The notes beneath the pieces were generated by a model. That model made no database searches. It was not told the origin of the DNA and was given only the letters and a program-made list of their open reading frames with translations. A program made the translations under genes and the position numbers. A stretch of DNA of 64,000 nucleotides from Phycisphaerae bacterium (GTDB lineage: Bacteria > Planctomycetota > Phycisphaerae > UBA1845): the NCBI GenBank assembly GCA_029260115.1, contig JAJDDW010000010.1, positions 695-64,694 on the forward strand, read 5' to 3'. Positions 9,185 through 18,850 of this stretch are shown here, one piece after another. Positions within the stretch are counted from its first letter, which is position 1; each line of letters starts with the position of its first letter.

Positions 9185-11794
9185 ATGACTCAGGCACCGG
9201 AATCTTCGGCACCACTAGAACGTATCATTGACCATCCTCTCATCGACGAGATGCAGGATTCTTATCTCACTTATTCCATGAGTGTGATTATGTCTCGCGC
9301 ACTCCCAGATATACGCGATGGTTTGAAACCCTCACAGCGGCGCATTTTAGTCGCCATGAACGACCTTAATCTAGGCCCGCGCGCTCAAACGAAAAAATGC
9401 TCGAAAATTAGCGGTGACACCAGCGGCAACTATCACCCACACGGTGACGCCGTCATTTACCCAACCCTAGTTCGATTGGCCCAGCATTGGAACTTGCGTC
9501 AGCCGCTCATCGATGGGCAGGGGAACTTCGGTTCGATCGACGGTGACCCGCCGGCGGCTATGCGATACACCGAAGCCCGCATGCACGCCGCAAGCGTCGC
9601 GCTCATGGACGACATCGAATATGACACGGTTGATTTTGTACCTAACTACGATAACTCGCGATTAGAACCAACTGTTTTGCCTGGCAAGTTCCCTAACCTC
9701 TTGGTCAATGGCGCTACCGGTATTGCTGTCGGGATGGCCACCAACCTTGCGCCTCATAACGTAGCTGAAGTGTGTGACGCGCTTCTGGCATTCTTAGATA
9801 ATCCCGAACTGACGCTCCAAGATATTATGTCGGTATTGCCTGGACCAGATTTTCCTACTGGAGGTCAAATTTGTGGCCGACGGGGTATTGTCGATGCTTA
9901 CACGACAGGCCGAGGTTCCATTACCATGCGTGGCCGATGCCATGTAGAGGAGAGTCGAACAGGCAAGAAAACGATCATAGTTACCGAACTACCATACTCG
10001 GTATTGCGATGCACGATAACAGAAAAAATTGCCATTGCCGTGAAATCTGGTGTGATTAAAGACGTATCGGCAGTCAACGACGCCTCAGACCGAAAGCAAG
10101 AAGTTCGCATTGAAATAGACCTTAAGCGCGACGCCAACGAAGATGTGATCATGAATCAACTCTTCGAGTACACCCCGCTTCAATCGAATTATCACATTAT
10201 GAATATCGCCTTGGTCGACCGTCAGCCGAAAACGCTGTCGATCAAAGAAATGCTGAGTTTATATGTCGATCATCGTAAGCAGGTCATTCGTCGGCGTACA
10301 AATTTCCTACTGCGCAGGGCCAAGCAACGTGCGCATCTCCTCGAAGGCTTGATCCTCGCTATCGACGACATTGATGAAATCATCGAGTTGATCAAGAAAT
10401 CACCTGATCCTGCAGCCGCTCGCGCTTCCCTGATCGCCCGACCGCTGCGGCTGACGGAATCCGACACGCTCATGAAGCTGCTTCCGCAAAGTTTTTCGGA
10501 TCGTTTTGCCGGGGTTGATAATCACCTTACTGCAGTTCAAGCCAATGCTATTTTGACCATGCAACTACAAAAGTTGACCGGACTAGAAATCGAAAAACTC
10601 GCAGCGGAATACACAAAACTTTCGGAGGAAATTGACGGCTATGAGGCGATCCTGCGCGACGAAAACCTGATTTTCGACATCATTCGCGAAGACCTGCACG
10701 AGATGAAACAAAAATTCGGCAACAAGCGGCGAACAGAAATTGTAGAGGCGAATTCTGATTTTAGCATTGAAGAACTCATCCCCGACGAGCAGGTCGTGGT
10801 CACTATTTCCCGTGAAGGGTATATCAAGCGCACAGATATGGACACCTATCGAACCCAGGGCCGAGGCGGCAAAGGGGTTCGTGGCGGAACCACCAAAGAG
10901 GGCGACTTCCTTGAATATCTGTTCGCGGTATCCACGCACGATTATTTACTCGTCTTCACTAGTCATGGCCGAGTATATTGGATGAGAGTATTCGACTTGC
11001 CAGCGATGGGGCGAACTGCGCGGGGCCGATCACTTGCCAACGTTTTACACATGAAAGAAGGCGAACAGCACCGGGCGGTGCTTCCAGTAAAAGCGTTTGA
11101 AGAATCTTACGTCTTCTTCGCCACCGCTAATGGCACAGTGAAAAAGACGCCGATGGCTGCGTTTTCTCGACCGAGATCGAATGGGATCATGGCAATCACG
11201 CTTGATGAGGGTGATGAGCTTATTAATGTCAGGCGTACGACAGGAGAAAACGAGATCGTGCTAGGCTCCAGTAGCGGAATGGCTATCCGTTTCGACGAGG
11301 ATGATGTTCGAGCTATGGGGCGAACCGCTCGGGGTGTACGTGGCATGTCACTCGCTGAAAACGACAAAGTGGTGTCGATGGTAGCGATTGACCCAGGCTC
11401 GTCGGTGCTGACTGTTTGCGAACTTGGCTTTGGTAAGCGAACCAAAATCGAAGAATACCGCAAAACTCGTCGAGGCGGTAAAGGTGTCATCAACATCAAG
11501 ACAACCGACCGAAACGGGCACGTGGTAGCTATCGCTGCAGTGGACGAAGGGCATGAGATCATGCTCGTTACGAAAAAAGGCATGATGCTCCGTACTGACC
11601 TCAGCGCCTTACGCGAAATAGGTAGAGCCACCCAAGGCGTTCGTCTGATAAGCTTAAAAGACGAAGATTCGGTCGTAGCCATCGCCAGAATGCTCCTTGA
11701 AAACGGCGATGTTGAAGAAGGCGCCACTGAAAATACCACGGAAAGCCCTAGCGAAGAGCCAGACGAGGGGGCAAGCGAGAATGAAACCCCATAG
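9185..11794 (+). CDS. gyrA: DNA gyrase subunit A
   Basis: [11 protein letters not shown], the [10 protein letters not shown] catalytic-Tyr motif, GyrA-box-like beta-pinwheel repeats and an acidic C-terminal tail. Confidence 0.97.
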   Translation: MTQAPESSAPLERIIDHPLIDEMQDSYLTYSMSVIMSRALPDIRDGLKPSQRRILVAMNDLNLGPRAQTKKCSKISGDTSGNYHPHGDAVIYPTLVRLAQHWNLRQPLIDGQGNFGSIDGDPPAAMRYTEARMHAASVALMDDIEYDTVDFVPNYDNSRLEPTVLPGKFPNLLVNGATGIAVGMATNLAPHNVAEVCDALLAFLDNPELTLQDIMSVLPGPDFPTGGQICGRRGIVDAYTTGRGSITMRGRCHVEESRTGKKTIIVTELPYSVLRCTITEKIAIAVKSGVIKDVSAVNDASDRKQEVRIEIDLKRDANEDVIMNQLFEYTPLQSNYHIMNIALVDRQPKTLSIKEMLSLYVDHRKQVIRRRTNFLLRRAKQRAHLLEGLILAIDDIDEIIELIKKSPDPAAARASLIARPLRLTESDTLMKLLPQSFSDRFAGVDNHLTAVQANAILTMQLQKLTGLEIEKLAAEYTKLSEEIDGYEAILRDENLIFDIIREDLHEMKQKFGNKRRTEIVEANSDFSIEELIPDEQVVVTISREGYIKRTDMDTYRTQGRGGKGVRGGTTKEGDFLEYLFAVSTHDYLLVFTSHGRVYWMRVFDLPAMGRTARGRSLANVLHMKEGEQHRAVLPVKAFEESYVFFATANGTVKKTPMAAFSRPRSNGIMAITLDEGDELINVRRTTGENEIVLGSSSGMAIRFDEDDVRAMGRTARGVRGMSLAENDKVVSMVAIDPGSSVLTVCELGFGKRTKIEEYRKTRRGGKGVINIKTTDRNGHVVAIAAVDEGHEIMLVTKKGMMLRTDLSALREIGRATQGVRLISLKDEDSVVAIARMLLENGDVEEGATENTTESPSEEPDEGASENETP

Positions 11795-11950
11795 GGGCAT
11801 TTTCACTGGCCTGGCGACCATTCTTACGTGGAGACGACAGTATTGCCGAAATATAGTATGAACAGGGCTAGCTAATGAAACCGGTGAGGTTATTGCCGGT
11901 ACAATGCATAGCCTGAGAGTTGGCTTCCTGTACATGAAAGTTGGTTTATT

Positions 11951-12337
11951 ATGCGAATTCGTTACACGATTCTTGCTATAGCGGCTATATCCATGTTTTT
12001 TGGGACTTCAACCGCGTTTGCTCAACTTTCTGTTGGCATCGGTCAGCGACCTGGCGAGATGGTTAATGGTGGCGTATTCCGTGCTCAATCGTTTGGTGCC
12101 CCGGTACAAATCACGGCAACGGGGCGACAAGGCTCCATTAGAACTGATTTTCTCGTAGAAGCCGTCAATATTGTTTTTACGCAGATTAATCAGGCTGTAG
12201 ATGCGTTTGCCGCTCTATTGGTTCTGCGGGCTGGTGGGGTTCCCTCTTTACCGGCGTTGCCTGATACGACGACGGTTCCTGACGCCACAAGGCGTAAGGC
12301 AGCCACTGTTATCAAGACTTCTCGTCATTGGCGATAA
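11951..12337 (+). CDS. Hypothetical secreted protein (128 aa)
   Basis: Signal peptide ending AFAQ. No family recognised. Confidence 0.5.
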   Translation: MRIRYTILAIAAISMFFGTSTAFAQLSVGIGQRPGEMVNGGVFRAQSFGAPVQITATGRQGSIRTDFLVEAVNIVFTQINQAVDAFAALLVLRAGGVPSLPALPDTTTVPDATRRKAATVIKTSRHWR

Positions 12338-12844
12338 GTTTGTAGCCCTACTAGGTGAAGGCTCCATCTCTGACCAAATCGGTAATGGCGAAGGCGTCGT
12401 ACCCACAGGCTTTTCTCCAGAATATTTCAAGGCGACAAAACACATTTTTCCATTACTTCGGCCCACACAAGCCTAATACGACATGAAGATGATAAAACAA
12501 CAACACTCCGCAGTTGCCGTCCGTAACCGTTAGTTGTCATGACAGTAACAAATCGATGTTTCTACTTAGATTTAATAGCTTGTAATATCATTAGTCACTG
12601 AAGCGATATCGCTTTTCCTCTACTCGCAATGTGCCTATTAATAGGGCCGATAACTGGAATATATCATATAAACAGCACACATATAGTTCTCAGGGAAAAT
12701 ACTTCCTGCTTAGTAGAATTTGTGGAGAAGAAAATTTTTTATGTGTCGGCAATAACCGCCGCGTCCTGTCGTTTAGCCCGCTGGTGAGGCCGGTTTCATG
12801 GGCGTTAGTCCACCGGTGGGGGCTGATATATAGGAGATTCAACG

Positions 12845-13633
12845 ATGAAGACTACAATGATGATCTTGTTGGCAACTAGCATGGGCAGCACTGCCTTGGC
12901 ACAACCACGGAGCAAACCTGGGGCCAACAGGGCTAACCCGTGCCTTAGACAATGTATGAATGATTTTCGTGAACAGGTCCAGACTTGCGTGAATAATGGC
13001 GGAGGTAGGCGAGACTGCGCCCCTCAGTTACGAGAGGGCCTGCGAGCCTGCAGCGAAGCATGCGATGGCGGGGCTAGCTGTCAGCAAATCTGCAAGGCAC
13101 GAGGCGGAAAAACTTTCCGTCGATGTATACAAGAGGGCGGTGACGAAGAAGTTTGTACGCAGCGCGGTCACGCCATGGGGTTGCGATGTATGGCACAAAG
13201 ATGTGGACAATTGCCTCCGTGTCCAGAAAACTGTAAATCGAAAAGTAAAGCGTTATTTGACACATGTATCGATGAAGGTGGCGATGACGAGGCCTGCGCT
13301 GAACAAGCCAGAGAAGCAGCCATGGCCTGTGTCGAAGCGGAATGTGACGAGCTTCCTGACTGCGTAGATTACTGTCGCTTTGCAGGTGGCCATATCATTA
13401 ATGCGTGCTACGACAATGAAAACGAAGACCTTCACTGCCGCCATCGAGGCGCATGGTTCTTGGGCCATTGTTTACGCGACACTTGCGACATGCCCGAGGC
13501 CTGCGAAGCTATATGCCGCATGGAAGCCGATGCCCTGCTCGCGGAGTGTCAATCGACTGTTGACGGCGACGATTGTCGCCACGAAGTTCACCAGGCCTTC
13601 GACGATTGTCTGTTCGAATTATGCGCGCCGTAG
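12845..13633 (+). CDS. Secreted cysteine-rich protein with five tandem about 47 aa six-Cys repeats
   Basis: AGGAG lies 8 nt upstream of the ATG, and the signal peptide ends ALAQ. There are 30 Cys with invariant spacing C-x3-C-x10-C-x(8,9)-C-x10-C-x(3,4)-C, repeated five times. Confidence 0.8.
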   Translation: MKTTMMILLATSMGSTALAQPRSKPGANRANPCLRQCMNDFREQVQTCVNNGGGRRDCAPQLREGLRACSEACDGGASCQQICKARGGKTFRRCIQEGGDEEVCTQRGHAMGLRCMAQRCGQLPPCPENCKSKSKALFDTCIDEGGDDEACAEQAREAAMACVEAECDELPDCVDYCRFAGGHIINACYDNENEDLHCRHRGAWFLGHCLRDTCDMPEACEAICRMEADALLAECQSTVDGDDCRHEVHQAFDDCLFELCAP

Positions 13634-13773
13634 ATCGCGGATGATGTAAGACGCTGGCAAGGCGCGATTCCGCGAGGTGCTTCTCTTTTAGAGAACTGAT
13701 CGGCGAATCGGAACCAGGGGAGACGCTTGTAGATCGCGTCTTGCACCAGCAGGTCATAGCATTTGATTGAGTC

Positions 13774-14379
13774 ATGATGGCTATGTTGAATACAAATGTC
13801 GATGCTTCCTGGGCTACGCTAATTGAGCGGGCCAAGCGCCAGGACCCGGAAGCCCTCGACGCCATCGTTGATCAATATGCGGGAAGGTTATTCGGTTTTT
13901 TCCATCGCATGTTAGGCGCACGCGACGGAGTGGAAGATTTGGTTCAGGAAGTTTTTGTTCGGGTGGTGCGGATGATTCCACAGTACGACGAAAAGGGACG
14001 ATTCGAGTCCTGGCTGTTTAGGATCGCGGCCAATCTGAATCGAGATCGCATACGAAAACTTCAGCGACAACCAGCTGTCTCTTTGGACGAAACCCAAGAT
14101 GACCAAGGAACAGATGCCGTCGAAGCTCGATCAGTATCCGCACATGAGCAAACCAGAGGGCCACAAGACGCGCTCGCGATGACGGAGGAGTTAGCTGATC
14201 TCCAAGATTGCCTAATGAAACTCTCATCGGAAGAGCGAACAGTTGTATTGTTACGGCATTATGGGCAACTTGAATATGCGGAAATTGCCCAGATGATGGA
14301 GACGCCTATCGGCACGGCACTAGCTAGAGCCCACCGAGGGCTGAAAAAACTTCGTCAATTGATGGAGTCGAGAACATGA
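13774..14379 (+). CDS. ECF-type RNA polymerase sigma-70 family factor
   Basis: Region 2 (DLVQEVFVRVVR, FESWLFRIAANLNRD) and region 4 HTH (LRHYGQLEYAEIAQMMETPIGTALARAHRGLKKL). Confidence 0.9.
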   Translation: MMAMLNTNVDASWATLIERAKRQDPEALDAIVDQYAGRLFGFFHRMLGARDGVEDLVQEVFVRVVRMIPQYDEKGRFESWLFRIAANLNRDRIRKLQRQPAVSLDETQDDQGTDAVEARSVSAHEQTRGPQDALAMTEELADLQDCLMKLSSEERTVVLLRHYGQLEYAEIAQMMETPIGTALARAHRGLKKLRQLMESRT

Positions 14380-14981
14380 GCCATGACAATCAAAAAAATC
14401 AGGGCTTTGCATCCGAGGAATCCTGGCTCAATGAGCATTTACTCGATAATGAAGAGCCGAACGCCGACTTTATCAAACTGCGCATGCGCATCGAGATAGA
14501 AGAGCAATGGCTACTCGAAGAACTGCAACAGGAAGACTTGCAATTCGTGGCTATCGATGTGCGGCGGGCCTTGCGGGAAAGAGTGAGACAGGAAATTGAG
14601 AACATTCAAGTTGAGCAGCTGCGAAAAATTCGAAGGCGTCTTAGGGGCTGGCCTATATGGGTAGGCACGGCCGTTGCAGCGGCTGCGGCGGTCGTGTTTG
14701 TGGTTACAAAACCATCACTCGTCGAGCATACAGATGCAGACGAATCAACCATTTGGCTATCCGCATTCGAAGCTTATACAACTGATACATTTGGAACTGA
14801 AATGTCTGAAATCGATAGCGAATTGAACACCTTTGCAGACTCGCTTGTCGCTTTAGACAACCCATGGCTATCGAATAACTGGGCATCTGAGCCTACAGAT
14901 TTCGACGAAAACGATAGGAACAATTCAGGATTGCAAGAGAAATCACGCAATCAAGGCGCGGGCGCGGAGTCAGGCACATGA
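14376..14981 (+). CDS. Putative anti-sigma factor (single-pass membrane protein)
   Basis: ATGA start/stop overlap with the sigma gene. One TM helix (WPIWVGTAVAAAAAVVFVVT). The position is typical of a cognate anti-sigma, but there is no zinc-binding HxxxCxxC motif. Confidence 0.55.
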   Translation: MSHDNQKNQGFASEESWLNEHLLDNEEPNADFIKLRMRIEIEEQWLLEELQQEDLQFVAIDVRRALRERVRQEIENIQVEQLRKIRRRLRGWPIWVGTAVAAAAAVVFVVTKPSLVEHTDADESTIWLSAFEAYTTDTFGTEMSEIDSELNTFADSLVALDNPWLSNNWASEPTDFDENDRNNSGLQEKSRNQGAGAESGT

Positions 14982-15811
14982 CACATGACATCAATAACAT
15001 AAGGTATCGATTTTCAGGCATCGCAGTCAGGCTCTGCATGGTTTTGTTGTGCAGCATAGCAGTGGATACCGTTCATGCCCAAAGCGACCAGCGTAACGAA
15101 AAACCGTTTAACCTCGCTGCCAGAGAGGGACGAGGACAGGCACGCGAACGGCAGCCACGACGGTGGCCATCGCAACGGATGGGCGAAAGGGATAATGATA
15201 CGCGACCAGATATGCGCGGTGATCGCAACAGGGAGGGCTTACCGCCACGTGAAGGGTTAGATGGCCCACCTGACCGTCGCGGGCCTAAGCCAAAAAGCTG
15301 GCAAGACCTTTCAAAAAAAGAGCGGGCTGAAGTGGTCGAATTTCTAGAAGAACATTTTCCACTTATGTCGATTGAATTAAAAAACTTGCGAGATCGAAAT
15401 CCTGAAGTCTTCAAACGCCGCATGCGTCGCGTCATCCCGGAAGTACGTAGGGTGATGGAGCTAATGAAGATCAACCCGCAGCGGGCTAAGCTTCACATTC
15501 AAGAACGCAAACTAGATATGCAAATGCGTTATAAAGCGAATATGTTCAGAAAAAGTCGTGATGATCTCCAGCGAGTGAAATTACGCCAGGAACTCGACGA
15601 CCTAGCCACCCAGGGTTTCGATGTGCAATTGCAGTTGCGTCAAATGGAAATTTCCGACCTTCAGACCCGAATGGGGGAGTTAGCCACCAGACTAGAGGAA
15701 GCCAAGGAATTACGCCCGAAGATGATTCGGCAGCGGGTGGAGACGTTACTGTCTGCAGACCGTAATCGACCACCCCGAGACGACATGGCGCAACCGGAAC
15801 GGCCAAGATAA
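14978..15811 (+). CDS. Exported highly charged Arg/Glu-rich helical protein (possible Spy/CpxP-like periplasmic partner)
   Basis: ATGA overlap with the upstream gene. Signal/anchor segment (LCMVLLCSIAVDTVHAQ). Long predicted helical R/E/K/Q-rich region. Confidence 0.65.
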   Translation: MTHDINNIRYRFSGIAVRLCMVLLCSIAVDTVHAQSDQRNEKPFNLAAREGRGQARERQPRRWPSQRMGERDNDTRPDMRGDRNREGLPPREGLDGPPDRRGPKPKSWQDLSKKERAEVVEFLEEHFPLMSIELKNLRDRNPEVFKRRMRRVIPEVRRVMELMKINPQRAKLHIQERKLDMQMRYKANMFRKSRDDLQRVKLRQELDDLATQGFDVQLQLRQMEISDLQTRMGELATRLEEAKELRPKMIRQRVETLLSADRNRPPRDDMAQPERPR

Positions 15812-15843
15812 TAAAGCCCGTGTTGTAAAATATAAGGAGGGAT

Positions 15844-15875
15844 GCAGGACGGGACAGCAATGTGCCCCGTCCTGC
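15844..15875 (+). terminator. Stem-loop downstream of the ECF operon
   Basis: Perfect 10 bp GC-rich stem, GCAGGACGGG (15844-15853) pairing with CCCGTCCTGC (15866-15875), and a 12 nt loop. It lies 33 nt after the stop. There is no clear U tract. Confidence 0.45.
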
Positions 15876-16200
15876 AATCACTTGCCGGCGCGTCACCCCG
15901 GCGAAGGATGTATATGGAAGGCGTTGAAAACTAAGCGATCCACACGCTTGTTAAGACGCAAAAAACGTCTCAAAGGTTTCAAAATACTTTCAAAAAAGCA
16001 GTATCTCGTGGACTCTGCCAAGTAAAACTCAGACACCCCATTCAAGTCGCGATATAATACGTGCAACCTATTCAACATATATAGTCTTAGGCCTCGGCAA
16101 GATATTGCACGCCAGGGTGATTTTTATGTGTTTTTTTGTAGCGGCAACGTAGCAGAGACTGTACTGCACCAGATTAACTCTAAGATGCCAGCCATTAAAA

Positions 16201-16233
16201 AAGCATGTGATGGAATATGACCATCTCATGCTT
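16201..16233 (-). terminator. Bidirectional rho-independent terminator after the RR/HK operon
   Basis: 13 bp stem with one mismatch (AAGCATGTGATGG / CCATCTCATGCTT) and a 7 nt loop. It is flanked by an A run on the left and T-rich sequence on the right, 46 nt past the response-regulator stop. Confidence 0.65.
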
Positions 16234-16278
16234 TTGATTGTATTTTCTATTCTCGGCTATTCCGTCGATTACATTTTT

Positions 16279-16962
16279 TTAAGGCACAAACTTATAGCCA
16301 ATGCTGTGAACAGTTACGATATGCCTAGGCTGCTTGGGGTCTGGCTCAATTTTTCGCCGTAGGCTCACGATATGGTTGTCCACCGTGCGGGTCGCAGGAA
16401 AACCTTCTAGCCCCCAAATCACATCTAAGAGGCGGTTTCGTTCCACGGGTTGTTCAGCTTTTTCCACCAGTAGTTTGAGAATCTCCAGCTCAAAGTGGCC
16501 AAGATTATGTACCACGTCACCATGCTCAACTTTACCTTTAACAAGGTCCACAGTGGCCGAACCAATAGTCAGGATGCGTGAAAGCCCCTTGCCCGCGTCA
16601 GTGCGACGCAATGCCGCTTTGATTCTCGCGAGTAGTTCCCGGACGCTAAATGGCTTGGTGATATAGTCATCCGCACCGACTTCCAGCCCTCGAACAATGT
16701 CGATTTCCTGGCTCTTCGCCGTCAACATGAGGATAGGCATGGTATGGCCAGCTTGTCTTATGCGACGGCAGACCTCCAGACCATCTAGCTTGGGCATCAT
16801 GATGTCGAGCAGGATGAGGTCTGGGCTTTCAGACAGTGCCGCCGCCAGTGCCGCTTCGCCATCTTCAGCTACCAATACCTGATAATTTTCAAACTCCAAA
16901 TTGTCACGCAGGCCTGCTACAATATCAGTCTCGTCGTCAGCTACTAGAATCCTTGTTGGCAT
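16279..16962 (-). CDS. OmpR/PhoB-family response regulator
   Basis: Receiver domain (ILVADDE, DLILLDIMMPKLDG, LTAK) plus a winged-helix C-terminal domain (VDNHIVSLRRKIE...IVTVHSIGYKF). Confidence 0.92.
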   Translation of the reverse strand: MPTRILVADDETDIVAGLRDNLEFENYQVLVAEDGEAALAAALSESPDLILLDIMMPKLDGLEVCRRIRQAGHTMPILMLTAKSQEIDIVRGLEVGADDYITKPFSVRELLARIKAALRRTDAGKGLSRILTIGSATVDLVKGKVEHGDVVHNLGHFELEILKLLVEKAEQPVERNRLLDVIWGLEGFPATRTVDNHIVSLRRKIEPDPKQPRHIVTVHSIGYKFVP

Positions 16963-17017
16963 GATTTTGTTCTCCGCTCGTCCCAGGTCATTACTATTTC
17001 GTTACATTGTACCTTGA

Positions 17018-18613
17018 TTATGTGGTCAAGTCTGTGCTTTGCTGTGGGTTTTCGTCGTCCCGTGATGACATTTCCTCATCCTTCGGCTCATCATCGGCCT
17101 GTGGCAGAAAAATTCTAAACGTGCTCCCTTTTACCAGGCGAGATTCTATATCAAGAATGCCACGATGGGCATCCACGATTTGTTTGACCAATGCGAGGCC
17201 CAATCCAGTGCCTCGCTGACGCCTGACTCGACTATCAGAAGCCCGAAAAAAGCCGTCCATAAGCTTGGAACGGTCTTCCGGGCGAATGCCAATCCCGTGG
17301 TCATGCAAGGAAATCAGCACGCCATGCTGTCCGCGGCGGACCTCGGTCGCTAGTTCAATCAGCAGATACCGTTCATTAGTGCTGTATTTGACGGCATTAC
17401 TGATAAGGTTGATAAGCACCTGGATCATGGCATCTCGGTCAGCCATGACGAGGGGGAGATTATCTTCAACCTCCAGACTATGTTCAAAACCAGCCCGCTC
17501 CAACTGCTCCCCATACGCGGCATAGGTTTCCTGGGCCACCTGACCCATGTTGATCGGATGAAATTCATAGACCTGCCTGCCTGTTTCAATACGGGCAAAA
17601 TCGAGAATGTTATTGATGAGATTTGTTAGTCTTGTACTTTCTCTGGTGATAATATCGTAATAGTCCTGCCGCTTTTCATCCGTCGTGATGCGCCCAGACT
17701 GCAAAGTCTCACTATACATACGAATCACAGCCAAGGGCGTTTTTAATTCATGGGATACATCCGCGACAAAATCTGATTTCATCTGAGCTAAGTCTAGCTC
17801 TTTCCTAGCCAATCGTACAAGAATCAGCATCGCAACAAGTAGCGTAACCAACGCGAATCCTGTCAATCCGAGATCGAACATCGTTTGGCCATACACCGTG
17901 CGTCGCAGTTCCTTCACATATTCTGGCGTCGGCTTGATTGTCCAAAATTTCATTGCACTGAGCAATTGCTGAGACCATCGTGTAGCTACGCCATCGCTAC
18001 GAACTAGCATGAGTCCCGTTGCAGGGGAGATTAACGGCTCTATCAAATCTCGACGAAGCATTGGCAATACGACGCGAACAACCACAGCTATCTTCTGCGC
18101 TTTCGCGTCAACTGTCCGATGGTAAGCAAGTACAATTTTCGTGCCCGCTAGCGTGTCGTACAACAGCTCTGTCCCTTGAGGCGTGACCTCTGGCGGGTCT
18201 TCAAAAGAGCGCACAGCAAACCTTGCGACCATCAAGTTCTCAAGTTTAGCCGGAGCATATTCAGCCGGTACTGCAGTCGCTAGATGGCTTCCGTCCCATG
18301 TGTAAACACCATCTATCCAACTTGGCCAATCTTTGGGCGGCAGCCACTCCTTCGGAGCCTGATTTCGGACATAATCCGAGGCTGATTCCAGTGAATTTGA
18401 TAATTGACGATTAAACGTACCTCTCGCGTGATTAGCGATATAGGTAGCTCGGTCCTCAACCTGGACCATCAGAATACTCATGAGAGATTGGGCATGCTTG
18501 AACGAAAGAACGACGCCTAATACGGCCAAGCCAATAGCGAGTACTACCATCCATAGTCCGGCAACACGCCAGGTGAGCGTGCGATTTGTTGCATGGGGTG
18601 TTGTTGCGGCCAT
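17018..18613 (-). CDS. Sensor histidine kinase (two TM helices, periplasmic sensor domain)
   Basis: H-box VSHELKTPL, N-box LISNAVKYS, and G boxes DHGIGI and GTGLGLALV. Confidence 0.9.
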   Translation of the reverse strand: MAATTPHATNRTLTWRVAGLWMVVLAIGLAVLGVVLSFKHAQSLMSILMVQVEDRATYIANHARGTFNRQLSNSLESASDYVRNQAPKEWLPPKDWPSWIDGVYTWDGSHLATAVPAEYAPAKLENLMVARFAVRSFEDPPEVTPQGTELLYDTLAGTKIVLAYHRTVDAKAQKIAVVVRVVLPMLRRDLIEPLISPATGLMLVRSDGVATRWSQQLLSAMKFWTIKPTPEYVKELRRTVYGQTMFDLGLTGFALVTLLVAMLILVRLARKELDLAQMKSDFVADVSHELKTPLAVIRMYSETLQSGRITTDEKRQDYYDIITRESTRLTNLINNILDFARIETGRQVYEFHPINMGQVAQETYAAYGEQLERAGFEHSLEVEDNLPLVMADRDAMIQVLINLISNAVKYSTNERYLLIELATEVRRGQHGVLISLHDHGIGIRPEDRSKLMDGFFRASDSRVRRQRGTGLGLALVKQIVDAHRGILDIESRLVKGSTFRIFLPQADDEPKDEEMSSRDDENPQQSTDLTT

Positions 18614-18850
18614 CGCGAACTACTCCAAACATCTTACGTAATGCCAAGCATCGGGAATTCCCGACCCGGCCTCAGCCTACCCCAATGAATGTAACCGAGC
18701 AGGGCGACGGGGGCGAGTGTAATGGCTACGAATTCGTATCGATTGATATTATAGACGAAACAACCGCTATCTCCGCTGGTAGTGATGATGAATTCTTACT
18801 ATATTCTATTGATGTAGGGGAGCACAAAATACTTAGGGAGAAAAATTTCG

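Noticed and set aside
11107-11739. 210 aa ORF antisense to gyrA, plus other antisense ORFs inside gyrA, mfd, the RND pump and feoB
   Set aside because: They are embedded in genes with unambiguous conserved motifs on the opposite strand. They have no recognisable motifs, and their Ser/Arg/Pro-rich composition is typical of shadow ORFs.
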